A stretch of 64,000 bases of DNA, taken from IMG/VR virus record IMGVR_UViG_3300002494_000025, positions 71,375 to 135,374 of that record; one strand, written 5' to 3'. This DNA comes from a virus. The stretch's first letter is position 1. Every line of letters starts with the position of its first letter. The notes beneath the pieces are model-generated. The model worked only from the letters and a program-made list of their open reading frames with translations, did no database searches and was not told where the DNA came from. Positions 51,851-61,534 of this stretch are shown piece by piece. The translations under genes were made by a program, and so were the position numbers.

Positions 51851-52046
51851 GATCATGATATGTTTGTTTTTGACGTAGTTAATTAATTATATTAATTAAT
51901 TGTCAATTGTGTTGTTTATATATATTACCAGTTAATATAAATAACATATTATCATTTTAGTTGTTTGTTAAAATTGTAAAGTTGAACATATTATTTATGT
52001 GGTGTGTGAAAAAACTTAAATCAATGGTAGAAAGGAGTGGGTTTTT

Positions 52047-52853
52047 ATGATAATTAGGTATGGGATATTTGAAATTATGGTGTCTGAACTAGTAAGTTTA
52101 CTTTCCAAAACTTTATTGGATGAGATTTTAAATAAGATTTCTGATACTAAAACAGTCACATATGAATTAATTCTTGATATCTTGAATGACGTAAACATAG
52201 ATAACTATGATGAAATTATAAAAAAAGACATTGAACGTTTAATTAACATTCATCTTGTCATTGATAATAAAGATAGTAGTTATATAGCAATAGATTTTCC
52301 ACTCATAAAAATGTTGTATGTGACAGAACCAACCACTTGTGTTCTTGACAAAATAAAAATTGACTTTCCAAATATAAACAATCTCATAAATAATTTCAGG
52401 TATATAATTCAACCATTACATTCAATTATTAACGACAAATCTCATACTAATGAAGTTAACAAAAAAATTTTAAATCATCCAAATACACAAGAATACTTAC
52501 TAATTGAGGAACATATGATGAATATCCTATCTAGGTATCTTTTTAAATATATTAATTATCTGGAGTATCAAATATTGTTGTTAGTGTTGTTTAAATTATC
52601 AAAGATAATGATTAATAGTAGTAATAGTAAGATGTTGGGTATAGTTACTGTTGATGAAGATATTACATGTGACGAAAACAATTCACATATGTGTAAATGG
52701 GTCTATGGAATATTTGATGTTTCCAAACCAGATCTTGAAAAGGTTATGAAATTACACATTAATTTTTTGTTAAAAAAATACAACAACCACAATACAAAGA
52801 TACAGTACGAATATATATCCGTTCTTCCAACTATAACGAAGATGTCAACATGA
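52047..52853 (+). CDS. Hypothetical protein (TAG-free, early-type promoter upstream)
   Basis: Intact 268-aa ORF, RBS AAGGAG, TGA stop. Confidence 0.8.
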   Translation: MIIRYGIFEIMVSELVSLLSKTLLDEILNKISDTKTVTYELILDILNDVNIDNYDEIIKKDIERLINIHLVIDNKDSSYIAIDFPLIKMLYVTEPTTCVLDKIKIDFPNINNLINNFRYIIQPLHSIINDKSHTNEVNKKILNHPNTQEYLLIEEHMMNILSRYLFKYINYLEYQILLLVLFKLSKIMINSSNSKMLGIVTVDEDITCDENNSHMCKWVYGIFDVSKPDLEKVMKLHINFLLKKYNNHNTKIQYEYISVLPTITKMST

Positions 52854-52956
52854 AACTAAAAATTGTAAATTCTAACATATTATTATTGGGTGGTTGGGTA
52901 AACGGTCTGTCGGTACGGTATCAATAAAATAAATCCACAACATGAGAGGAGGTTGA

Positions 52957-53313
52957 TTGGTTATGATAATTATATCGAACAGTTTTTCACCGAATATGTT
53001 ACCATCAATGGTAGCGGCTAAAGTTAATATTGTAGAGGTAACAAGGGAAGAATTTGTGGAACAGGTCAAAAAACTCACTAGTGAGTTGTCCTATCAATCA
53101 ATCGTCGGTCACAAAGCAACAGCAGATGTACTTTCTCAGATACTTGGTTTTCGAGTTGTTGAAAACAGAGTGAATTACACAGTACAAGACGGAGATATTG
53201 TTGTGGTTTTCACCCCGGGTATAAGATTGGAAGAGGGGAAGGTTTTGTCTGAGGATGAACTTAAAAAATTACCCGGGAGGTACTTCATTGTAACAGTTCG
53301 AATTCAGGAATGA
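52957..53313 (+). CDS. acrIII-1: AcrIII-1-like viral ring nuclease (DUF1874/STIV B116 family)
   Basis: ISNSFSPNML, SIVGHKATADVLS (catalytic GH), ENRVNY and RLEEGKVLSEDEL follow the family pattern NxFSxNML..GH..NR..RLxEGxxL. Confidence 0.85.
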   Translation: MVMIIISNSFSPNMLPSMVAAKVNIVEVTREEFVEQVKKLTSELSYQSIVGHKATADVLSQILGFRVVENRVNYTVQDGDIVVVFTPGIRLEEGKVLSEDELKKLPGRYFIVTVRIQE

Positions 53314-53587
53314 GGAGGTATTTGTTGTATGAACAGACTTAGTAAATCGAAGAATAGTGAGAAATTAAATGTTAGCAAACAAATTGATCAAAAAGATTAA
53401 AACAATGTTAAATAGTACACAAAAAATGATAATACTCAAAATGAATAATAGAAAATTTTTGTTTTTGTTATAACGTCCCTGGTCTACGTACGATACATAT
53501 GTGTATGTATGAAAATCGTACGTAGATTTTTATTTTATTCTAATCCAAACTTAAAAATTGTCAGGTCTTCATTATAGAGGTGTTGAT

Positions 53588-54289
53588 ATGGTCGATAAAA
53601 AAACAAATCTTATAGTTGTTAATCCAACATTAAACAATCTAATTAATGTTGATAATATGAATGTGTTTGTATATGATGTCAATGGTATATTATCATTACT
53701 TGACAATAGTAACATTTTTGATTTCACAACAATGTACGTTAATGATTATTATATTTAGAGAAAAAATTTACTAATAGATATACTAATAGATAAAGATAAA
53801 CATAAAATGGATTATGTTAATGTTTTGTTTATGGAATGGTTGAATATATATGTATATGATAAAAAACATAATAAGACTGTTATTACATTGGATGAGTTTG
53901 TCAACAATAATGATATACATTATTTACGAAGTATGTTTGGACGATTTGTGACCACCCTAAAAAATATATTCAGAAAATCAGTCTATCTGGTGAGATTACC
54001 TGAAAATCTTTTGGATTTACTTGATTTACTTGAACAACTAAATATGGCCAATAATAATTCTATAGTTTTAGTTAACATAGATAGATATTTTCAACAAATG
54101 GCATTTGATATTGTTGATATTGTAAGGAAATTGATAGAACTGTTTAACAACAATGGATATGATGTACATACAATATACAATATCATTGATGATACGATAA
54201 AACTAACTAATCTTGATTTATCAACTATGAAAAACAGTTGTATAATAACAAGGGATGGACGAATTTATTATTATTATTATTTTAAATGA
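53588..54289 (+). CDS. Hypothetical protein (233 aa, one TAG)
   Basis: GAGGTG RBS plus ATG at 53588; joins ORF 53807-54289 through TAG. Confidence 0.65.
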
Positions 54290-54295
54290 AAATGA

Positions 54296-54669
54296 AGGAT
54301 AGGGTTTGATGTATATGCGTCCGACTTAAACCCCATAGTAACATTTGGAGGAGTTCTTAGAGAAGATATACAACTTAACCGATGTGTAAATAACAGAGTG
54401 GGGAATAGAACACAACGAACAAGGAGATAGAGCAGATACGTATATATACTGTAACGAAGTTGTTTGTTCTGAATGTCGATACAAAAACAGTCCTCCTTTT
54501 ACACGAAAATCAAGATGAAAAAGCTTTTAACATAGAGGTAAAGTCAAACGCTTCCAAAGACGTGATAGAACAAGTTGAAAAATTAGTGACTATAAAAGAC
54601 GGTGAAATGTGGTGTCCTCGTAAAGAGTGTCTGGTTATTAGATTTTTCGAACAAAAAACCACAAGTTAA
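54296..54669 (+). pseudogene. Frameshifted fragment of a DUF1156-type adenine DNA methylase
   Basis: Different frames read RIGFDVYASDLNPIV, EWGIEHNEQGDRADTYIYCNEVVCSEC and AFNIEVKSNAS..KDGEMWCP; no intact ORF. Confidence 0.5.
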
Positions 54670-54714
54670 GTAAAGTAACTTATTTTCGGACTTGTTGAAA
54701 GATTCTCCAAAACA

Positions 54715-55839
54715 ATGATGAAAGGAGTGGGACATATGGAAAATATTACAACAAAACTACAACAACTGACATTTTATGTTAAACAAACATCGGATAAGAA
54801 TGAAATGATATTCAGATGTCCGTTACATGAAGATAGACACGGACATCTGTATGTTTCTTCAAATTTAGAATATATCTGTTTCAAATGTGGAGTAAAGGGG
54901 AATAATTTCTTAAAATTTTTGTTAAAACACAATAGTTATCTGGATAATAATGATAAACAAATACTTATTGATATATTATCAAATTTAATGTTATCAGAAA
55001 CCCATGAACATGAAGATACGGTTCGTAATGATGAAAAAGAACAAGAAATTGACGAACAGAAAGTTCGTCTGTTCCATGAATTGAAAATATTGTTAAAAAA
55101 TTATACCAAACGAAATAAACAAATAATTTACAAATATTTATCTGATACAAGAAATATAACAGATAGGGATTATATAGATGATTTAATTGAACAAGGGTAC
55201 ATTCTATTTTATAGTAAAAAGTTATACCGGACTGTAAATAATTATACGAAATCAATTTTTGGTAAGAAGATGATCTATGTAAACCAGGCAATTGGATTGA
55301 CAGTACCAAATAGTGGAATGTTACAGTTTCGTGTAATAGATAAAGACACCAATATACGGTATTATATTCTAAAATCGAAAGAAATTAGTCCAAACACATC
55401 TTTCTATATTGGAAACACACGAAACCCACAAACATGTATAATCGTAGAGGGGATTTTTGATGCAATCAAACTTGATTATTTACTTAGAGAACATATGGAT
55501 AATTACATCGTCGTCGCATTAACGGGAAAAACTAACGTCAACACAATAATCGAACTACAAAACCTTTTACGTTACAATGTATCTGTATATATAATAGCAT
55601 TGGATATGGATGTTGATATGTACGACATAAAAAGGGTGTATAACAAAATTAACGAGAATAACCAGAACATGACACCACATGTGTATGTTTTAACCAAGAA
55701 AAACAACGATGTAACAGATAAAGATTTTGATAATATACACAACTTTGATGAGTTTAAAAAGAAGTTTGTGCTTGTAAATTACGTAAAATACATAACCAAT
55801 ATATGGAAACTATCAAATCTATTTGATGTTGAGGAATAA
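54715..55839 (+). CDS. DNA primase (Zn finger plus TOPRIM)
   Basis: CPLHED..CFKC zinc finger, IVEGIFDA and ALDMD TOPRIM motifs; TAG-free; likely start 54736. Confidence 0.9.
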   Translation: MMKGVGHMENITTKLQQLTFYVKQTSDKNEMIFRCPLHEDRHGHLYVSSNLEYICFKCGVKGNNFLKFLLKHNSYLDNNDKQILIDILSNLMLSETHEHEDTVRNDEKEQEIDEQKVRLFHELKILLKNYTKRNKQIIYKYLSDTRNITDRDYIDDLIEQGYILFYSKKLYRTVNNYTKSIFGKKMIYVNQAIGLTVPNSGMLQFRVIDKDTNIRYYILKSKEISPNTSFYIGNTRNPQTCIIVEGIFDAIKLDYLLREHMDNYIVVALTGKTNVNTIIELQNLLRYNVSVYIIALDMDVDMYDIKRVYNKINENNQNMTPHVYVLTKKNNDVTDKDFDNIHNFDEFKKKFVLVNYVKYITNIWKLSNLFDVEE

Positions 55840-56536
55840 TAAAATAAAAGGAAAGGAAGGTGAGTATATGATAATCGTGTTTGAGGGATTGGATTTTTCA
55901 GGTAAAACAACTCAGATTAAACTATTCAAACAATATCTCGAATCAAAAGGTTCAAATGTTGTCACACTAAAAGAACCAGATGACAATATATTTCCAGAGT
56001 TAAAATTTGTAATTAGTAAAAAGAAACTACAACCACAAACTGAACTATTCTTATTCCTGGCAATGCATGTTGAGTTAACAAGAAAAATATATGAATTGTT
56101 CCATGAAAGTGATATAAACAATATACCAGACGTGATAATTATTGATAGATTTGTATATTCTACATTAACATATCAGGGTGTGGGACGTGGGATTGGATGT
56201 AAACTCATTAAAATGTTAACAGATCACTTTGTTAAAATTAACGTAGGTGATAAAACATTTAAAATAGAACCAGATTTAGTGTTTTATATCGACATCCCAC
56301 CAGAAGAAGTATTGAAAAGAAGAAATGAACTCAAGAAAGAAAAATCAAATTTCGATATGGAGTCTATTGAGTTTTTCACAAAAGTAAGAGACACCTATTT
56401 GAAACTGGTCAAACAACATAATTTCGTAGTATTAGATGGGTTACAAGACATAGAAACAATCCACCAACAAATTGTTGAACATTACAAACGTATGTCTAAC
56501 ATATTATATCCAAATAGTGGTATTGTTGAGTGTTGA
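55823..56536 (+). CDS. tmk: Thymidylate kinase
   Basis: FEGLDFSGKTTQ P-loop, IIDRF, YQG and PDLVFYID motifs; likely start 55868. Confidence 0.93.
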   Translation: MMLRNNKIKGKEGEYMIIVFEGLDFSGKTTQIKLFKQYLESKGSNVVTLKEPDDNIFPELKFVISKKKLQPQTELFLFLAMHVELTRKIYELFHESDINNIPDVIIIDRFVYSTLTYQGVGRGIGCKLIKMLTDHFVKINVGDKTFKIEPDLVFYIDIPPEEVLKRRNELKKEKSNFDMESIEFFTKVRDTYLKLVKQHNFVVLDGLQDIETIHQQIVEHYKRMSNILYPNSGIVEC

Positions 56537-56548
56537 TAGTGTCAGACT

Positions 56549-56588
56549 AAAAAACGAGGGTGGGTATTTAGTACCCACCTCTTTGTTT
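56549..56588. terminator. Bidirectional intrinsic terminator
   Basis: GGTGGGTA...TACCCACC hairpin between convergent tmk and endolysin genes. Confidence 0.75.
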
Positions 56589-56594
56589 GTTTAA

Positions 56595-57317
56595 TCAAAT
56601 CCAATCGATTGGTGTATTCGGTCGACGTCCTTTGTATGGTGGTTTATATGGTGTGGGGGGATATTCCTCAAGAATTAGTTTTTTAAACTTTTCAACATTT
56701 TTTGTATCGTTAGTTCTATACTATACCTATATGGTATATGCATATTGGTGGTCATAGTGAATTCTGTCGTCGTATGATTGAAAGTCCAATCCAGAACGTA
56801 ATCCCAAATTGTTCTATTCTTCTGCCAATACTCTCCAAACTGCATGGTTTTTTATTCTTGAATTAACCTACAATTCTTTACCATCCTTGTATACTACAAT
56901 TGGTGTTATATCTATCTATATACCGAAATTATGTGGTGATATCTTTGGTGACTTTCCTTTTATGACATTTAAATTTGAATTATTTACTGCCAATTCTTCT
57001 TCAACAGATCTTACAGTATCATTGACTTTAATCTTCACATTGTACTTTTCCCACATAATATCAAAGAACTTTAAAAATGTTTCAAGAGTCTTAGGAACCA
57101 TCATATCAACATATGGAAATATCAATGTATATTTTTTACCACGTAAATTTTGGAACTCATATACACCAATCTAATCGTTCACTGGTAATCCGAATACAGT
57201 ATGTGTAAGATAAGTGTGTTTAGATTTTATACCATAATTTGTCCAAAATCTGTCTTTTAACAAATTCTGGTATATTTGATCTTTTTTATCTGTTACTGTT
57301 CTTATTAACCGATACAT
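56595..57317 (-). CDS. Endolysin, M15 (L-Ala-D-Glu peptidase-like) family, 240 aa, 6 TAG
   Basis: TVRSVEEE, SPHNFGI*IDI (SxHxxGxAxD), *NNLGLRSGLDFQSYDDRIHYD; TGA stop. Confidence 0.85.
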
Positions 57318-57336
57318 ATTATATACCCCCAAAGTT

Positions 57337-57741
57337 TTATTGTTTTACAAATAGTACCCATACTTTGTTATTTCTACTATCGACGTCAATTTCAGTTGGT
57401 TTATGTGTGTTGATAAATACTAAAGTTTGTTGTGGATTTTTACTATAAATTATAAACACCGTATTGTTTATTTTATATACAAGTTTTTCTGAATCAGTAC
57501 TGATAAGTTGTTTTTTATCGTACTGTTGGAAAAACACCTATATATTCTCTAGAGGTGTATCATTTAATGGTGTAACGATTACAACATATGAATCCACATT
57601 CTGTTGGACGTCGTCCCATACTAACGTCGTTTGTGGTTGATAATTTATATACGATAGTGTCATACCAAAAACAACTAAACCAACCAACTACAAATATACG
57701 TATGTTAACCAATTGGAAAAATCAAGATGGAAGTTAAACAT
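57337..57741 (-). CDS. Membrane-anchored protein upstream of the endolysin (lysis accessory candidate)
   Basis: N-terminal WLTYVYL*LVGLVVFGMTLSYI helix; two TAG; TAA stop. Confidence 0.6.
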
Positions 57742-57761
57742 GGATTATCACCCCCGTAATA

Positions 57762-58715
57762 TTATGTACGTAATTGTTGTCTATCAAGTACGATTGTTTG
57801 CTTCTAAGAGCATTTTATAATACTATTGTTTAATTTTGTATTGAGTACAACATATGGTTGGGCATATACAGCTTCATCGGGTACTTGGTATATATCCAAA
57901 TATGTTATTTGTGTAATAGGATTATCTTTTGTAATTGTAACTTTATCTAAACTCCACACATTTGCATTGTACATATCATTTATAATCTTGGAGTTGTTGG
58001 TATTAAAAAGTTTAAAAAACACGTACTATTCCTATGTATATTCATTTGATAGAGGATCTATATGAAAATTTGTATTAACTGATATACCGTCAATATTATT
58101 CTTTATTTGTTGAAGTGGTGTTGGTATTTGTTCATAATGTTCTTCTTTTACAATTTGTGGATATGCAATCCAGAATTCTTGACCGTCTGGGACATTTGTA
58201 AATCGAACACCATATTGTACATTGGAAGACGTGTTGGGTGTAAGTGACATTTCAACTTTTGTCCATTCGTTTGCTCTGAGACTGTATGTTCGTGTAGCGG
58301 TTGCAACAACAGTGTTACCGTAATCTGGGGTAAGGTAAGCTAAAAACGATAGTGTAAGGTCCGTACTTGTTTTGATATAAAAACTGAGAATGTATGTTAC
58401 TCCCACATTAACGGGTATGTATGGTGAATAGTTATAAATATATGTGTTACCTTCTACATCACGTTTAGCTCTACCATAAAAAACTTTCCCCCAGACAGGA
58501 TCATCATACTGAGTGGTGGAATACCAGTATGTTGCACTATTCCAATGTGTCCATTTACTCCAATCCTGACTTGCTCCAGGTTCGTATTGGTCTATTATGT
58601 TTGTTAATTGATATCTGGGGTTTAGTTTGAGGTTGGTTATATTTATCTTTTTTAACTACATTACAAACTATTTTAATGGTTGGTTTTGGAAATTAACAAC
58701 TTTAGTAACACCCAT
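57762..58715 (-). CDS. Virion protein with carbohydrate-binding-like domain (317 aa)
   Basis: RBS plus ATG at 58715; joins ORFs 58032-58406 and 57804-58022; IPVNVGVTYILSFYIK...WTKVEMSLT pattern. Confidence 0.6.
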
Positions 58716-58941
58716 TAATAATTCACCCCCTGATTAAGTTTCATTCAACATCAAATAATAAATAATGATTAGATTTTTTATTTAACATTTAACAACAAAA
58801 GTGTTAACTCTTGTACTAATGTAAAAGTACATCAGAAAAAGTTTTTTTGATAATGGAAACTTAAACTTACACATGTTTTTTTTATCAGTTGAGTTGTTCA
58901 TCTTTGTCAAAACTTAATTTCCCACCCAACAACATCTTTAT

Positions 58942-58957
58942 ACACAAAATATTGTTG
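58942..58957. promoter_or_regulatory. Possible NrdR box
   Basis: ACACAAAATATTGTTG resembles the acaCwAtATaTwGtg consensus and lies upstream of nrdG-nrdD. Confidence 0.45.
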
Positions 58958-59021
58958 TTTATCCCACCCACCATTTTCTTGACACAACTTTTTAATTTGG
59001 TGATTGTTGGAGGTGTGAGAC

Positions 59022-59588
59022 ATGTTAGAAGTTCTTTCTTTTAAAGATAAACCTTTACTTCGGGTAGTAAGAATGCTTCATGGAGACCACCCCTCTCTCC
59101 CCTCAATAAGTGTGTATTTTCAAGGTTGTGATGCTTATCCAAAATGTTTGAGATGTCACAATCCAGAAACGTGGGAATTCAGTGAAGAGTATGCTGTTGA
59201 TTTTGAAAGACTTTTAAATTATGTTTTGACAAAGTTAGAGACGTTGTTAATGAGTTATCCTAAAGTAAGTCTTGTTCTTTTGGGTGGTGAACCACTTTCA
59301 CAAAGGAACAGAAAATTTTCATATCTTCTTGCTAAAAATGTTAAAGAACACTTTGGAGATAGAGTAATCACACTTGTTTATTCATGGCGTACTCCAAAAG
59401 ATCTTTTAGATATCGATATTCCAATTGGATATTTTGATGAATTTGTATTGGGAAGGTATCTACATAAGTATCATACAGAAGGTTTTCCTGCTTCTAAGAA
59501 TCAGATATACATAACAAAAGAGAAGTTATACGATATACTTCAGAATTTAGCAAGAAAGAGGGGGTACGAATATGTCACGAATTTCTGA
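59022..59588 (+). CDS. nrdG: Anaerobic ribonucleotide reductase activase (radical SAM)
   Basis: FQGC...CLRCHNPETW, LGGEPL, ASKNQ; overlaps nrdD. Confidence 0.9.
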   Translation: MLEVLSFKDKPLLRVVRMLHGDHPSLPSISVYFQGCDAYPKCLRCHNPETWEFSEEYAVDFERLLNYVLTKLETLLMSYPKVSLVLLGGEPLSQRNRKFSYLLAKNVKEHFGDRVITLVYSWRTPKDLLDIDIPIGYFDEFVLGRYLHKYHTEGFPASKNQIYITKEKLYDILQNLARKRGYEYVTNF

Positions 59589-61497
59589 TATTTTAAGAGC
59601 TTTTGATTTTTCAGAAGATTTTGTAGAGCAAATCTCTTCTGTACCAGAGGAACTTTTAGAATTGGAAGGTATTGATTGGCAACTCAATGTGTTGAAGTTT
59701 ACTGAACATTTCTTTAATAATGGTATTTTGAATTCTACAATAGATGTAAACGCGAATATGAGAAGTACGAATGTGTATACATACTTCAACGAGGTTGTGA
59801 AGCCATGGTCAAAGTTGTATTCCATTTACTACATCTACGATCGTATGAAATCGTTCTTCGGACAAGAGGATGCAAAAAAATTTCTTAGATACCAGATGTA
59901 TGGAGACATATATTTACATGATGCGCATCATGCTGCATTTGAACCGTATTGTTATGCTTATTCACTAAGATCAATTGTGGAAAAAGGATTGTTTTTTATT
60001 GATAGTATAAAATCAGTTCCTGCCAAACATCTTTCTTCATTTATTCAACATGTGATTCAATTTGTCATGTTTGCATCCAACCAACAATCTGGTGCAGTTG
60101 GTTTACCTGATTTCTTTGTTTGGCTTGCTTATTTTTACAAAAAAGATTTAGAAAGCGGTGTAATACCAAAAGATAAAGCTCAAGAATACTTGTACCAGCA
60201 CTTTCAAATATTCACATATTCCATTAACCAGCCTATTAGAGGTACTCAATCACCTTACACGAATTTTACATACCTTGATAGGAATTACATTAAAACGATA
60301 TTTGAGGGCGAGACATATCCTGACGGTTCAGCTATTACAGACTATGTAGAAGATATAATCTCACTACAAAAAGAATATTGGTTGTGGATATCTAAAGAAA
60401 GGGAAAAACAGATGTTTACTTTCCCAGTTTTAACAGCATCTTTACTCTACAAAGACGGAAAGTTTGTTGATGAAGATAGTGCACGATTCATAAACAAAGT
60501 CAATATGAAATGGCAAGATACGAACTGGTATGTTTCTGATAGTATCGATGCAGTTGCTTCGTGTTGTAGGTTAACAAGTTCAACAAGGGAGTTAAAGTTC
60601 AAACTTGGACCTGATAAATTGGTGGGAATGGTCAATTCTATTGGTGGTTCTGATTTGAACATAGGTTCGTTCAAGGTGGTTACAATAAACCTTCCAAGGA
60701 TTGCACTGGAGACTAAATCCAAAGAGGAGTTCATACAAAAACTCCAAGAAAAAGTTATATTAGTTCAGAAAGTATTGGCAACAATAAGAAATATCATCCA
60801 GGAAAGAATTCAACAAGGTGTTCTTCCACTTTACAATTTGGGTTTAATGGATTTGAACAGGCAATACGGAACAGTTGGTATAAACGGATTGTTTGAAGCC
60901 TTGGAGATAATGGGGTTAACAACAGTTGATATAGATGGTGTGAAATACTCTCAAGAAGGTGAACTGTTTGCAAATCAATTGCTTGACGAAATCAGAAGGC
61001 TTAACGACGAAGCTTTTGAAAAGTATGGCTTTACGTTCAACATAGAACAGGTTCCAGCCGAAAAAGCAGCAGTTACGTTCGCACAAAAGGATAGACTACT
61101 TTACAACACAAATTATGTCCTTTATTCAAACCAATGGTTGCCTCTGACAACTGATACAGACATGCTCAACAGGATAAAGTATTCAGGTATGCTTGATAAA
61201 AAAGTCTCTGGTGGGGCTATATTGCATATCAACATAGACTCAATGTTCAGAACAGAAGAAGAAGCATGGAACACGGTGAACTTGGTTGCAAAGATGGGTG
61301 TGGTGTACTTTGCGTTTAATCAAAAGATAAGCGTATGTGAGGAAGGACATGCGTTCTATGGAACCAAATGCCCAACATGTGGAAAGGACAAAGCAGACGA
61401 ATACATGAGAATAGTTGGTTACCTTGTGCCAGTAAGTTCGTTTAACAGTGTGAGGAAAAAAGAAGAATACCCAAAGCGGGTATTCTATAAAGCATAA
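59572..61497 (+). CDS. nrdD: Class III anaerobic ribonucleoside-triphosphate reductase
   Basis: YLHD, YCYAY, QSGA, FTFPV, SCCRL, INLPR, PAE, C-terminal Zn site and RIVGY glycyl-radical motif. Confidence 0.95.
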   Translation: MSRISDILRAFDFSEDFVEQISSVPEELLELEGIDWQLNVLKFTEHFFNNGILNSTIDVNANMRSTNVYTYFNEVVKPWSKLYSIYYIYDRMKSFFGQEDAKKFLRYQMYGDIYLHDAHHAAFEPYCYAYSLRSIVEKGLFFIDSIKSVPAKHLSSFIQHVIQFVMFASNQQSGAVGLPDFFVWLAYFYKKDLESGVIPKDKAQEYLYQHFQIFTYSINQPIRGTQSPYTNFTYLDRNYIKTIFEGETYPDGSAITDYVEDIISLQKEYWLWISKEREKQMFTFPVLTASLLYKDGKFVDEDSARFINKVNMKWQDTNWYVSDSIDAVASCCRLTSSTRELKFKLGPDKLVGMVNSIGGSDLNIGSFKVVTINLPRIALETKSKEEFIQKLQEKVILVQKVLATIRNIIQERIQQGVLPLYNLGLMDLNRQYGTVGINGLFEALEIMGLTTVDIDGVKYSQEGELFANQLLDEIRRLNDEAFEKYGFTFNIEQVPAEKAAVTFAQKDRLLYNTNYVLYSNQWLPLTTDTDMLNRIKYSGMLDKKVSGGAILHINIDSMFRTEEEAWNTVNLVAKMGVVYFAFNQKISVCEEGHAFYGTKCPTCGKDKADEYMRIVGYLVPVSSFNSVRKKEEYPKRVFYKA

Positions 61498-61534
61498 AGT
61501 ACTAATCCCCATCCCCCTTTGTTCCGCAAATTAA

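Larger units (their letters stand above)
1..58900. mobile_element. T4-like myophage/prophage segment using a TAG-recoded code (left end outside window, right boundary approximate)
   Basis: Terminase, gp23-like capsid, sheath, tube, neck, baseplate and endolysin genes; very AT-rich; in-frame TAGs throughout; gives way to standard-code nrdG-nrdD-mutS after about 58.9 kb. Confidence 0.9.

Noticed and set aside
58775-58812. dif-like Xer site at the phage-host junction
   Set aside because: Only a partial ATGTTAAAT arm on the minus strand in very AT-rich DNA; spacing and second arm are not convincing
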